The notes: generated from the letters alone by a model not told the origin. DNA of 64,000 nt from an uncultured Gaiellales bacterium (GCA_964497095.1 CAZCCL010000001.1:348-64347); one strand, 5' to 3'. Counted from the stretch's first letter, positions 9,701-19,001 are shown. Program-made: numbers and translations.

Positions 9701-10478
9701 CGCCGAGTCCGACTCTCCGGCAGGCGCCCGCGTCGGGACGAACGGCTCGCCGGGGAACGGGTCTCGGGGCAATGGACGGCCGCCGGTGGAGATACCCCCC
9801 GATGACTTCAGCCGGGAAGAGCTTCTGGCATTGGAGAAGGAGACGTTGGGACTGTATGTGAGCTCGCACCCCCTGAAGGATCTCCGGCAGCACATCAAGA
9901 GAGAGGCAGGCCATTTGATCTCCCAACTAGGGGAACTGCCGGACGGCACGGTCACTACCATCGTGGGCATGGTGACGGCGGTGAAGCGGATCACCACGAA
10001 GAAATCGGGCGAGCTCATGGCCTTTGTCACCGTCGAGGGTATGGAAGGCTCCGTCGAGATCATCTGTTTCCCGGCGATCTACCAGGAGAACAAGGAGATC
10101 CTGATACAGGACAAGGTGGTGAAGATCAAGGGCCGGGTGGATCACAAGGACGAGGCCGAGACCAAGTTCATCCCCATGGCCATCGAAACGTTCTCGCCCC
10201 GGACGGGACTGGAGCCTCTGGCTCTTTCCGTCGATGGCGACAGCTTCCCCAGCACGGTCATAGAGGACCTCAAGCGTATCCTGGCCCGCTTCCCCGGGCA
10301 GTGTTCCGTCGACATGTACGTGCAGGTGGGGGCGGATGCGCGCCGCCTGCGTTTCGGGAACGGCTACCGGGTCGACCCCCAAGCCAGTCTTTTCGCGGAA
10401 CTGAAGGAATTGCTGGGGGAAAGCTGTGTGCTGCACGGGTCGGGATCGTCGACCCTCGGCAACGGTTCCGCGAGGTAG
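6759..10478 (+). CDS. dnaE: DNA polymerase III alpha subunit (PHP + polymerase + OB domains)
   Basis: FCHLHVHTHYSALDGA… PHP N-terminus with a long polymerase core. TTG start with AAGGAG RBS. The first about 55 aa are a low-complexity Ala/Gly/Pro extension, so the true start could be later. Confidence 0.9.
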   Translation: MSSVLPPVAGETIGGSPIPTAEETAGGAAAAPVDAAAGGSAAGTSPGPAGETDPARPAAGFCHLHVHTHYSALDGACKVEDLVARAAELGMPALAITDHGVLSGAIKFYEECLKAGVKPIIGLETYVVDDRLRKEGMNEERWHLTLLARDDTGYRNLLKLGSLAFLEGYYYKPRLDYQVLREHAEGLICLTGCASGRLSRALQNGQTAAAEAEVQRLVGIFGEGNVYLEMQETGIRELAEVNPRMGELAERTGLKLVATNDVHYLREGDADAHDVLLCIQTGSRLSEENRLRFNSQEFYFKSPEEMRAVFSDHPEAVSNTLEVADRCNVHIALDEMLIPRFPVPEGYDESSYLREQCERGLVRRYGDAVTSEIRERLESELEVVEKMGFPPYFLIVWDFVTFAKEAGIPVGPGRGSAAGSLVSYLLGITDLDPIAYDLLFERFLNPDRISMPDIDIDFSVNGRERVIEYVADKYGRDRVAQIATFGTIKARQAIRDAARVMDVPYGQADRIAKLVPEVLNITLDQCLRDPKCELRAAYDGDELVREVVDMARPLEGLIRQDSIHAAGVVISMGPLTDHLPLMQKGDAEVVTQVSMGDVERLGLLKMDFLGLRNLDVIDSAVGIIRDGGHPEFDIESIPLDDARTYQMLAKGDSEGVFQFESSGMREALREIQPTRLDDLIALVALYRPGPMEFIHDYARNKRDPESIRYEDERLQSILSPTYGVAIYQEQLMEISKRIGGFSPAEADDLRKAIGKKIRAKMDRLEPKFRAGAAASGTSPRVIDHLWSLMEKAGDYSFNKSHAACYALISYRTAYLKAKFPVQYMAALISSVMDTKDKVPFYVTVANEMGIEVLPPDINESVLDFRGVEGRIRFGLNAVKNVGETAIRVILDARRSGGPFLDLFDFCERVDLGVVNGRAIESLIKSGAMDSVGPSRRGMLLVMQQAMAHGKKVRADADRGQGSIFDLMPEPEAPAADSRGAAAESDSPAGARVGTNGSPGNGSRGNGRPPVEIPPDDFSREELLALEKETLGLYVSSHPLKDLRQHIKREAGHLISQLGELPDGTVTTIVGMVTAVKRITTKKSGELMAFVTVEGMEGSVEIICFPAIYQENKEILIQDKVVKIKGRVDHKDEAETKFIPMAIETFSPRTGLEPLALSVDGDSFPSTVIEDLKRILARFPGQCSVDMYVQVGADARRLRFGNGYRVDPQASLFAELKELLGESCVLHGSGSSTLGNGSAR

Positions 10479-10508
10479 CGGCAGGTAGCGCATCCGGGCC
10501 GCAGCCGA

Positions 10509-10547
10509 CCCTGCCGGCGAAAGGTCATTCTGAAACGAGTTCTAAGG
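10509..10547 (+). promoter_or_regulatory. Copy A of conserved 39-nt motif CCCTGCCGGCGAAAGGTCATTCTGAAACGAGTTCTAAGG, 29 nt upstream of the Mo-oxidoreductase ATG
   Basis: 36/39 identical to 33417..33455 upstream of selD. Same orientation and same distance to the RBS and start codon. Confidence 0.5.
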
Positions 10548-10576
10548 TGGGGCACCACAACCGGAAGGAGCGGGGC

Positions 10577-13219
10577 ATGAACGGGGGCGGGTGCGGCGGC
10601 AAGGACACTCCCGGTTCGGAAGCGCCCGGCGCAGAAGTGCGCGGTGAGAGGACGCTCATCCGGGACATCAGCTTCTGTGGCGTGGCCAACGGCGCGAACT
10701 CCTGCCTGGTGGATATCGCCGGCGGCAAGATCCTGCGTATCCGGCCCATGCACTACGACTGGAAGTACCGCCTCGACGAACTGGGTCAATGGGAGATGCA
10801 CGCCCGGGGCATGACTTTCAGGCCCACCACCAAGAGCCTGATCCCTCCGCTCAGCCTCGCGTACAAGAAACGGGTGCAATCTCCAGCCCGGATCAGGTTC
10901 CCGATGAAGCGGGTCGACTTCGATCCAGACGGGGAGCGGAACATCCAGAACCGGGGTGTGAGCAAATACGTACGCATCTCCTGGGACGAGGCTCTCGACA
11001 TCATCACCGGCGAGATGCTGCGCGTTCGGGAGAAGTACGGGCCTACCGCCATCCTGTATCAGGCCGACCAGCACGGCGAGAACAAGGTCGTTCACGGTCC
11101 CCACGGCTGCGGGAGGAAGCTCCTACGGTTGTTCGGGGGGTTCACGCTCCAGGCCCGGCAGCCGGACAGCTGGGAAGGCTGGTGCTGGGGGGCGAAGCAC
11201 GTATGGGGCATGGAGCCGGTCGGGCAGCAGGTGCCACAGAGCAACTTGGTCTATGACATCGCCAAAAACACGGAGTTGTTGCTCTTCTGGGGCTGCGACC
11301 AGGAGACGACCACCTGGGGTTGGATGGGGCAACTACCCAGCCGTCTCAGCTTCTGGTTCACGGAGTTGGGGATCAGACAGGTCTATATCGCGCCCGACCT
11401 CAACTACGCGGCGGCGGTGCATGCCGACCGCTGGATCCCCATACTCCCCAACACCGATGCCGCTCTCTACCTGGCCATCGCCTATCAGTGGTTCGAGGAG
11501 GGCACCTACGACAAGGAGTACCTCGAGACCCACGCCTGCGGCGTCGAAGCATTCGAGGCATATGTGATGGGAGTGCAGGACGGGGTTCCCAAGAGCCCGG
11601 CGTGGGCGGCCCCGATTACCGGTGTGCCGTCGCGCATCATCAAAGCGCTGGCTCGGGAGTGGGCGTCCAAGCGAACGACGATCGCCATCGGGAACGGGGG
11701 ACCGATGATCCGCGGCCCCTACTCGAGCGAGCCGGCCCGCCTGCAGGTGCTCTGCCTGGCCATGCAGGGATTGGGCGGACCTGGGGCCAATCAGGCCAAG
11801 ATGGAGGATTGGGGCTTCATGGACGATCTGGCCCAGGTCGGGTGCCCCGAACCCGTCATGATTCCCAGCCTGTTCGCCGCCTACACCGGGGGCACCGGCG
11901 GCGAGACCAACCATGCCTTCGTGCCGAAGACCCTGGTCCCCAAAGCCATCATGGAGGGGAGCTGCGAGTGGTGGGGCAACGAGCACGAGATGGCCCCCCG
12001 GGAGAACCAGTTCGTCCACTACCGTTATCCGGCCGAGGGATGTTCCCGGATCCACATGGTCTGGACCGACTCCCCCTGTTTCATGACCTGCTGGAACGAC
12101 GGCAACAGCTTCGTGCGGGCCATGCGCCACCCCGATATCGAGTTCGTCTTCGCCCAGCATCCCTGGTGGGAAAACGATTGCCTCCTGGCCGACGTGATCC
12201 TGCCGGTCAGCACCAAGCTGGAGGAAGACGACATCAACGCCGACCTCTACAGCGGCCAGTCCATCCTGGTCTTCCCGGAGGAGCGATGCGTGGAACCGGT
12301 CGGGGAGTCCTTCAGCGACTACGAGATCGTCTGCAAGATTGCGGAGAGGCTGGGACTGCTCGAGGCATACACCGGGGGCAGGTCCGTCGACGACCTGAGG
12401 CGCCTGGGTTTCGAGACCTCCGGGGTCCGGGACCTGGCGGCCGGTGGGCCTGCAACGTGGGAGGAGTTCGTGGAGCAAGGCTATGTCACGCTTCCCACCA
12501 ACCCGGAGTGGGAGAAGGTGCCCGCCGGTCTCATCGACTTCTATCGCGACCCCGAGAGCCATCCGCTCAGCACTCCCACCGGCAAGATCGAGTTCTACGC
12601 TACCGGTCTGGCCGAGCACTTCCCCGACGACGAGGAGAGGCCGCCGGTACCCCGGTGGATCCCAGCCGGTCCCACCCACCAGGAGACGCTGGGGACAGAG
12701 CGGGCCAAGAGGTTTCCCCTGCTGGTGGTGTCGAACCACCCTCGTTGGGGCATACACGCCCAGCACGAAGACATCACGTGGCTCCGCGAGATCGAGACCT
12801 GCAAGGTCGGCGGCCCAGACGGCTACAAATACCAGCCTCTGTGGGTCCATCCCAGGGATGCAGCCACCCGGGGCATCGAGCACGGTGATGTGGTCATCAT
12901 CCACAACGAGCGCGGGGCGGTCTTGGCCGGCGCGTACGTGACCGAACGCATCATTCCTGGGGCGGTAAGCATGGACCACGGGGCCAAGTTCGACCCGATC
13001 GTCCCTGATGCTCTCGACCGGGGAGGCAACATCAACGCAATCGTACCCGGCCACACCACCTCCAAGAACGCGGTGGGCATGGCGGTGAGCGGTTTCCTGG
13101 CTGAGGTGGAGAAGGCCGACCTGGCGGGTCTCAGGGCCAAGTACGCCGAGGCATTTGCCCGGCCGTTCCACGCAGACGCCGGTCCGGGCGTGGAGGCATG
13201 GCTTGAAGCCGACACGTAG
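10577..13219 (+). CDS. Molybdopterin-dependent oxidoreductase, DMSO-reductase superfamily (catalytic subunit without N-terminal Fe-S motif; BisC/TorA/pyrogallol-transhydroxylase-like)
   Basis: 880-aa protein with molybdopterin-oxidoreductase-like organisation (…IAIGNGGPMIRG…, MDHGAKFDP…). GGAAGGAG RBS then ATG at 10577. No Tat motif, no CxxCxxxC. Confidence 0.65.
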   Translation: MNGGGCGGKDTPGSEAPGAEVRGERTLIRDISFCGVANGANSCLVDIAGGKILRIRPMHYDWKYRLDELGQWEMHARGMTFRPTTKSLIPPLSLAYKKRVQSPARIRFPMKRVDFDPDGERNIQNRGVSKYVRISWDEALDIITGEMLRVREKYGPTAILYQADQHGENKVVHGPHGCGRKLLRLFGGFTLQARQPDSWEGWCWGAKHVWGMEPVGQQVPQSNLVYDIAKNTELLLFWGCDQETTTWGWMGQLPSRLSFWFTELGIRQVYIAPDLNYAAAVHADRWIPILPNTDAALYLAIAYQWFEEGTYDKEYLETHACGVEAFEAYVMGVQDGVPKSPAWAAPITGVPSRIIKALAREWASKRTTIAIGNGGPMIRGPYSSEPARLQVLCLAMQGLGGPGANQAKMEDWGFMDDLAQVGCPEPVMIPSLFAAYTGGTGGETNHAFVPKTLVPKAIMEGSCEWWGNEHEMAPRENQFVHYRYPAEGCSRIHMVWTDSPCFMTCWNDGNSFVRAMRHPDIEFVFAQHPWWENDCLLADVILPVSTKLEEDDINADLYSGQSILVFPEERCVEPVGESFSDYEIVCKIAERLGLLEAYTGGRSVDDLRRLGFETSGVRDLAAGGPATWEEFVEQGYVTLPTNPEWEKVPAGLIDFYRDPESHPLSTPTGKIEFYATGLAEHFPDDEERPPVPRWIPAGPTHQETLGTERAKRFPLLVVSNHPRWGIHAQHEDITWLREIETCKVGGPDGYKYQPLWVHPRDAATRGIEHGDVVIIHNERGAVLAGAYVTERIIPGAVSMDHGAKFDPIVPDALDRGGNINAIVPGHTTSKNAVGMAVSGFLAEVEKADLAGLRAKYAEAFARPFHADAGPGVEAWLEADT

Positions 13220-13225
13220 CGGGGC

Positions 13226-14332
13226 TTAGGGTGTTTCCTCCTCGCGGAGGATGCGCAGGCCTTCCGTCCTGAGGCTGATACGGATCGGGGCCCCTTTGCT
13301 CAGGTCGAGTTGCTGATAGAAGTAGTTCGCGCCCCGCGCCTCCAACTCGTGGCCGTTCGTGAGAGACAACCGGATGACCCGCATCTCCCGCTGGTTCTCA
13401 ACACCGAGCACGGTGGCGTCCAGTTGATTGAAGGCCAGTCCGCCGAGCGCCGGCCGGTCGGGGTAGAGGATCTTGACGTCCTCCGGAGCGATGTAGACGG
13501 GGACTATCTCGCCCGGAGAGCTGGGCTGGGCAGGCGCGTACAGCTTGAGGCCGTCCCACACGAGGGTCACGTGGTCGGCGGTCGCGGCGGAGACCCGGGC
13601 GTGGAAGATGTTGCGGATGGCAAGCACTTCAGCCGCCCGCATGCTGGAGGGCCGACGGAACACGTCACCCACCGCTCCGACCTGCTGTAGCTCCCCGTCC
13701 CGCAAGACCGCGAGTCGGTCACCGAGCGCGAAGGCGTCCTCCACGTTGTGAGTGACGCAGATCACTATGAGGCTTCTCTCCACCTGGAGCGCCCTCAGAT
13801 CGGTCCTGAGCCTCTCCCGAAGCCCCGGGTCGAGTGCGGAGAAGGGCTCGTCGAGCAGCAGGACTTCGGGGTCCCTGGCCAGGGCTCGGGCGATGGCTAC
13901 TCGTTGCTGCTGCCCCCCGGAAAGCTGGTGCGGGAGACGGTCGACCAGCGGACCCAGGCCCATCTGGTCGACCAGAGTCAGGGCCCGCTCGCGGCTGTTC
14001 GAATCGCGACCCAGCGGATAGCGCACGTTCTGAAGGACGGTCAGGTGGGGGAAGAGCGCGTAGCTCTGGAAGACGTACCCGATGCCGCGTTTGCGCGCGG
14101 GCAGATTCACATGCTCTCCGGCCGTTCCTCGCCGGAACAAGACCTGGCCGTCCAGGACTATCTCTCCCTCGTCGGGTGACACCAGGCCGGCTATCGACTC
14201 CAAGGTCATGGTCTTGCCGGATCCGGACGGACCGAAGAGGACCAGGACCTCCTCTTCCACCTGAAGACTCAGATCCAAAGTGAAAGAGGGCAGCCGTCTG
14301 TGGATATCCACGGTAAGTTGACGTTCTTTCAT
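13226..14332 (-). CDS. ABC transporter ATP-binding protein, ModC/WtpC-like with C-terminal TOBE/MOP domain
   Basis: Walker A GPSGSGKT, signature [15 protein letters not shown], Walker [12 protein letters not shown], then a roughly 110-aa TOBE-like tail. ATG at 14332 with AGGAG RBS. The upstream part of the called ORF is rejected. Confidence 0.75.
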   Translation of the reverse strand: MKERQLTVDIHRRLPSFTLDLSLQVEEEVLVLFGPSGSGKTMTLESIAGLVSPDEGEIVLDGQVLFRRGTAGEHVNLPARKRGIGYVFQSYALFPHLTVLQNVRYPLGRDSNSRERALTLVDQMGLGPLVDRLPHQLSGGQQQRVAIARALARDPEVLLLDEPFSALDPGLRERLRTDLRALQVERSLIVICVTHNVEDAFALGDRLAVLRDGELQQVGAVGDVFRRPSSMRAAEVLAIRNIFHARVSAATADHVTLVWDGLKLYAPAQPSSPGEIVPVYIAPEDVKILYPDRPALGGLAFNQLDATVLGVENQREMRVIRLSLTNGHELEARGANYFYQQLDLSKGAPIRISLRTEGLRILREEETP

Positions 14333-14627
14333 GCGCTCCTGACAAGACGCAGAGCGTGGCGCGGGCGGGTGCGACGGTCCCGCCACCAGCCGGTTACCCC
14401 GCGGCCGGATCGGGCCTGCCCCGGCCGGACCCTGACCGTCCCGAGCCTCCTTCCTGGTTCCTCCGGTTATCCGCCGAGAAGTATAACGACTGGGAAACCC
14501 CATTCCTAGCTCCGTTGGACGGCGAAGGACGGATCCGGCACCGGGGCCCGCCGCGATCGCCGGGAGCAGCCGGTACGGTATTCTTAGGCGGCGTGCCCGA
14601 GCGATCCGACGGTCCGGAGTCCGCAGC

Positions 14628-15944
14628 ATGAGGATCAAAGAACTGAGCACCGCCTCCGTGTCCGATGAGGTAACCGCTTTGCGGGTGCCGGAGTCGGCGA
14701 ACCGGGAGGTAGCGGCGACTGTGGCCGCCCTGATCGCCGACGTGCGCCTGAGGGGCGATGCTGCCGTGGTGGAAGCCAGCGTTCGGTTCGACTGGGAAGG
14801 GGCGAGCGCCTCGGAATTGGTGGTGGCGGTCGATGACCTGGAGGCAGCCTACCGCCGGGTCGATCCCCGAGTGATGGCTGCGCTTGAAACCGCCCGCGAC
14901 AACTGCACCTTCTTCCACGAGCACGAGCTGAGGCCGGACTGGGAGGACGAGGGCGCCCAGGGGCAGAGGCTGGGTATGCGCTACCGTCCGGTGGAGCGCA
15001 CCGGTCTGTACGTGCCGGGCGGGCTGGGCTCCTATGCCTCCACGGTCATCATGAACGCCGTCCCTGCGCGCGTGGCCGGAGTGAAGGAACTCGTCATCTG
15101 CACCCCTCCTGGCCGGGACGGAGCCGTCGACCTCGCTGTGCTGGCCGCGGCCCGGCTCATGGGCATAGAGCGGGTGTTCCGAGCGGGCGGCGCCCAGGCT
15201 ATCGCGGCCCTGGCCTACGGGACCGAGACGATCCCGCGGGTGGATGTGATCTGCGGGCCCGGCAACGCCTACGTGATGGAGGCCAAGCGCCAGGTCTACG
15301 GGGCCGTAGGCATCGACAGTCTGGCCGGCCCGAGCGAGGTACTGGTGGTGGCCGATGGAACGGCCCGCCCTGATTGGATCGCCGCAGACATGCTCGCCCA
15401 GGAGGAGCACGGGAGCGGGGCCCAGGCGGTCCTGATAGCCGAGTCGGAACGTCTCTGTCTGGAGGTGGGCGACGCCCTCGAGCGCCTGCGTCCCGCCACC
15501 CTGGCCGGCGGCCCCGACCGCATCCGGACCGGGCGCGAAGACGACGGCCTCCGGGCTTTCTATCCCGCAGCGGACGAGGAGTTTCTGGATCTCGCGGCCC
15601 GGTTCGTCAACTCCTACGCCCCCGAGCATCTCGAGATCCAACTGGCCGAGCCCGGGGCCTTTCTTCCCGGGGTGAGGTCGGCGGGCGCCATATTCGCCGG
15701 CCATTTGACGGCGACGGCCTTCGGCGACTACGTGGCCGGCAGCAACCATGTGCTCCCCACCGGAGGGACGGCCCGTTTCGCCTCTCCGCTCTCGGTGGAT
15801 ACGTTCATGCGCAGATCGTCGCTCGTGGAGATGACGCCCGAGGCGGTGGCGGCCCTTGCTCCTCACCTCGCCGAATTGGCGGACAGTGAGGGTTTCTCGT
15901 TTCACCGCGTGTCCGCCGAGTTGCGCGCCGCCGACACGCACTGA
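14628..15944 (+). CDS. hisD: Histidinol dehydrogenase
   Basis: Full-length HisD pattern (…GGAQAIAALAYGTETIPRVDVICGPGNAYV…HLE…). Confidence 0.9.
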   Translation: MRIKELSTASVSDEVTALRVPESANREVAATVAALIADVRLRGDAAVVEASVRFDWEGASASELVVAVDDLEAAYRRVDPRVMAALETARDNCTFFHEHELRPDWEDEGAQGQRLGMRYRPVERTGLYVPGGLGSYASTVIMNAVPARVAGVKELVICTPPGRDGAVDLAVLAAARLMGIERVFRAGGAQAIAALAYGTETIPRVDVICGPGNAYVMEAKRQVYGAVGIDSLAGPSEVLVVADGTARPDWIAADMLAQEEHGSGAQAVLIAESERLCLEVGDALERLRPATLAGGPDRIRTGREDDGLRAFYPAADEEFLDLAARFVNSYAPEHLEIQLAEPGAFLPGVRSAGAIFAGHLTATAFGDYVAGSNHVLPTGGTARFASPLSVDTFMRRSSLVEMTPEAVAALAPHLAELADSEGFSFHRVSAELRAADTH

Positions 15945-16067
15945 TTCCGGCGGGACGACCGGGAGCGGCCCTGTGCTATCCTCCTCGGGTCGCTTCGGAA
16001 GCCGGCTCCGTGCCCGAGGAAAGACTGGGCCCAAGGATTGGCCGAAGGGCTCGTCCCGATCAGATTC

Positions 16068-16703
16068 ATGGAGGAGACAGTGCAGCCCGATAGCTCCACG
16101 CGCCCTCTCGATACCGCTCCCCGGGGGGCCACCATAGAGCGGAAGACCCGGGAGACCACGGTCCGGGTCAAACTCGACCTCGAAGGTTCGGGTCAGAGCA
16201 AGGTCAAGACCGGTCTGGGCTTCTTCGATCACATGCTGGAACTCGTGGCCGGCCACGGTCTGTTCGACATCACCGTGGAAGCGAGCGGTGATCTGCAGAC
16301 GGGCGGACACCACACGGTCGAGGATGTCGGCATCTGTCTCGGGTTGGCTCTGGCCGAAGCCGTGGGCGACAAGAAAGGCATCTACCGCTACGGGAACATG
16401 GTCGTGCCCATGGACGAGGCCTTGGTCCTGGTCGCCTTGGATCTGAGCGGGCGACCCTACTTCGCTTACGAGGGAGGCCCCGTGGGGGAGAGCATCGCCG
16501 GGTTCGACAGCAGCTTGGTGGCGGAGTTCTTCCGGGCATTGGCCAACAACGCCCGCATGACCATGCACGCACGCGTGCTCTCCGGGGGAGACGCCCACCA
16601 CACCATCGAAGCCGTCTTCAAAGCCTTCGCCAAGGCCCTGAGGCAGGCGGTCTCTCTCGACCCGCGGGCCACCGGCGTCCCCTCTACCAAAGGGGTCTTG
16701 TGA
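16068..16703 (+). CDS. hisB: Imidazoleglycerol-phosphate dehydratase
   Basis: …RKTRETTVRVKLDLEGSG…GFFDHMLELVAGHGLFDITVEASGDLQTGGHHTVEDVG… An alternative TTG start at 16038 is possible. Confidence 0.85.
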   Translation: MEETVQPDSSTRPLDTAPRGATIERKTRETTVRVKLDLEGSGQSKVKTGLGFFDHMLELVAGHGLFDITVEASGDLQTGGHHTVEDVGICLGLALAEAVGDKKGIYRYGNMVVPMDEALVLVALDLSGRPYFAYEGGPVGESIAGFDSSLVAEFFRALANNARMTMHARVLSGGDAHHTIEAVFKAFAKALRQAVSLDPRATGVPSTKGVL

Positions 16704-17353
16704 GCGGTCTCGGACCCGCGGGTGGAGCCCGGTCCCTCTACATCGTCGACTACGGTTCCGGGAACCTTCGCTCGGTACAAAAAGCGTTCGAGCACGTGGG
16801 GGTGACGGCGGTCGTAGGGCACGATCCCCGGGGGATGGCCGGCGCCGCCGGTGTGGTTCTGCCCGGAGTGGGGGCTTTCGGTGCGGCGATGGAACAACTG
16901 GAGGAAAAGGGCCTGGTGGAGCCGCTTCTTGAGCGGATCGAGGCCGGGGTGCCGTTCCTAGGGGTCTGCCTGGGTCTGCAGCTTCTCTTCGAGAGCAGCG
17001 AGGAGGACCCCGGGGTCTCGGGGCTGGGGTTGGTGCGCGGGGACGTCCGGGCGCTGCCGCCCACGGTCAAGGTGCCCCACATCGGTTGGAACCAAGTGCA
17101 GGTGTGCACGTGCTCCGATCTGTTCGAGGGGATCCCCGACGGGTCGGCCTTCTACTTCGTACACGGCTACGCCGTGGTGCCCCGCTCGCCTTCGGACGTG
17201 CTGGGCATAACCGACTACGACGGGGTGGCCTTCACCTCGGCGGTGGAGGTGGACAATGTGGCGGCTGTGCAGTTCCACCCGGAGAAATCGAGCAGCCTTG
17301 GCCTTCGCTTCTATCGCAACTTCGCCAAGCGCGCCGGGCTGGTAGACGGATGA
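16700..17353 (+). CDS. hisH: Imidazole glycerol phosphate synthase, glutamine amidotransferase subunit
   Basis: …YIVDYGSGNLRSV…GVGAFG… class I GATase. GTG overlaps the hisB stop (GTGA). Confidence 0.85.
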   Translation: MSGLGPAGGARSLYIVDYGSGNLRSVQKAFEHVGVTAVVGHDPRGMAGAAGVVLPGVGAFGAAMEQLEEKGLVEPLLERIEAGVPFLGVCLGLQLLFESSEEDPGVSGLGLVRGDVRALPPTVKVPHIGWNQVQVCTCSDLFEGIPDGSAFYFVHGYAVVPRSPSDVLGITDYDGVAFTSAVEVDNVAAVQFHPEKSSSLGLRFYRNFAKRAGLVDG

Positions 17354-17381
17354 TGCCGCGGCCGATGCCGACCACGGACTG

Positions 17382-18155
17382 ATGCGACTCATCCCTGCCA
17401 TCGACATCCGGGGAGGGCGCTGCGTGCGCCTGCGCAGGGGCGACTTCGCCGACGAGACCGTGTTCGGGGACGATCCCGTGGCTATGGCCAAGCACTGGGT
17501 GAGCGAAGGAGCCCGCTACCTGCACGTGGTCGATCTCGACGGGGCCCGCGAAGGGGCACTGCGCAATTTCGACCTAGTGCGAGCGATCGCCGAGGCGGTG
17601 CCGGTGCCCGTGCAGACCGGGGGAGGCATCCGCACCGAAGCGGCCCTGGAGTCGATCGCCGGCAGCCCGGTGGCCAAGGCGGTCATAGGGACGAGCGCAG
17701 TGGAGGACGAGGCCTTTTTAGAACGCGCGCTTGCCGTCCTGGGGGCCGGGCGGGTGGTGGTGGCCCTCGACGCCGAGCAGGGGTTCGTCAAGACCAAAGG
17801 CTGGCAGGAGAGAAGCGAGATATCGGCGCTGGATCTTGCCCGCAGGCTGCGAGAGAAGGGCGTGCGCGAGATCCTGTACACGGACATCAGCCGGGATGGG
17901 ATGATGCAGAGCGTGAACCTGGAGGGCGTCCGGGAAATGGCCTTGGGCAGCGGGTTGGAGGTCATAGCCTCGGGCGGGGTCAGCAGCCTCGACGATCTGC
18001 GGGCTCTGGTGGCGCTGGAGCCTGTGGGCGTGACGGCGGTCATCATCGGTCGCGCCCTCTACGAGCAGCGGTTCACAGTGGCGGAAGCCCTGGCGGTCCT
18101 CGACCATTCGCCGGACGGCCGGTCCGGTGGCGACGAGTCCGGGAGGGGGCGCTGA
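17382..18155 (+). CDS. hisA: ProFAR isomerase (phosphoribosylformimino-5-aminoimidazole carboxamide ribotide isomerase)
   Basis: [22 protein letters not shown]… HisA TIM barrel. Confidence 0.9.
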   Translation: MRLIPAIDIRGGRCVRLRRGDFADETVFGDDPVAMAKHWVSEGARYLHVVDLDGAREGALRNFDLVRAIAEAVPVPVQTGGGIRTEAALESIAGSPVAKAVIGTSAVEDEAFLERALAVLGAGRVVVALDAEQGFVKTKGWQERSEISALDLARRLREKGVREILYTDISRDGMMQSVNLEGVREMALGSGLEVIASGGVSSLDDLRALVALEPVGVTAVIIGRALYEQRFTVAEALAVLDHSPDGRSGGDESGRGR

Positions 18156-18949
18156 TGCTGCTCAAGCGGATCATTCCCTGCCTGGACGTGGACAAAGGCC
18201 GAGTCGTGAAGGGCACCAACTTCGTCGACATCCGCGATGCCGGCGACCCGGTGGAGTTGGCGTCGCGGTACGACCGAGAAGGGGCCGACGAGGTGGTCTT
18301 CCTCGATATCACCGCTTCGCACGAGAAGCGCGACACCATCGTGGAACTGGCTCGGCACTGCGCCGAAGAGCTGTTCATACCGTTCACCATCGGGGGCGGC
18401 ATCCGCGGCGAGGAGGACGTGCGCGAACTCCTGGGGGCCGGTGCCGACAAGGTGTCGCTGAACTCGGCGGCCATCCGGGACCCATCTCTCATCACCACGT
18501 GTGCCCGCCGCTTCGGCTCTCAGTGCGTGGTCATCGCCATCGACGCGAAGCGGGTAGAGGCGGCCGAGGGGCGGGCGACGCCCGATCCGGCCTCGCCGCT
18601 ACGGTGGGAGGCGTACCTCAACGGCGGGCGCGTGCCTACCGGGCTGGACGCGGTGGAGTGGGCCGTCCGGGCCGTCGGAATGGGGGCTGGGGAGATCCTG
18701 CTCACCTCGATGGACCGGGATGGGACCAAGGACGGGTACGATCTGGAGCTGACCCGGGCCGTGGCGGAGGCCGTCAACGTGCCCGTGATCGCCAGCGGGG
18801 GAGCGGGGACGCTCGACCATCTGGTGGAAGTGATCCAGGAGGGCAAGGCCGATGCGGTCTTGGCCGCGTCGATATTCCACTACGGGGAGTTCAGCATCCA
18901 TCAGGCCAAGGAACACATGGCGGCTCGGGGTATCCCGGTCCGCGTGTAG
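18155..18949 (+). CDS. hisF: Imidazole glycerol phosphate synthase cyclase subunit
   Basis: [23 protein letters not shown]… ATG overlaps the hisA stop (TGATG). Confidence 0.9.
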   Translation: MLLKRIIPCLDVDKGRVVKGTNFVDIRDAGDPVELASRYDREGADEVVFLDITASHEKRDTIVELARHCAEELFIPFTIGGGIRGEEDVRELLGAGADKVSLNSAAIRDPSLITTCARRFGSQCVVIAIDAKRVEAAEGRATPDPASPLRWEAYLNGGRVPTGLDAVEWAVRAVGMGAGEILLTSMDRDGTKDGYDLELTRAVAEAVNVPVIASGGAGTLDHLVEVIQEGKADAVLAASIFHYGEFSIHQAKEHMAARGIPVRV

Positions 18950-19001
18950 CCGGAGCGCTGCCGGTCGGCTCCAAGCCTCTTGTAGACCGATGCTTCATAT
19001 T

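Noticed and set aside
10536-10560. ECF-sigma (sigma-W-like TGAAAC-N16-CGTA) promoter inside the conserved motif
   Set aside because: - TGAAAC is present in all copies.
- The expected CGTA-type -10 at +16 is absent in copy A and only approximate in copy B.
10301-10576. Upstream extension of the Mo-oxidoreductase ORF into the dnaE 3' end
   Set aside because: - It is an open frame only.
- Homology and a GGAAGGAG RBS point to ATG 10577.
- The region contains the conserved intergenic motif.
10479-10576. Possible Moco riboswitch upstream of the molybdoenzyme
   Set aside because: - The leader is only about 100 nt, whereas the Moco RNA motif is larger.
- I could not recognise its conserved helices by eye.
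- It would need an Rfam covariance-model scan (RF01055).
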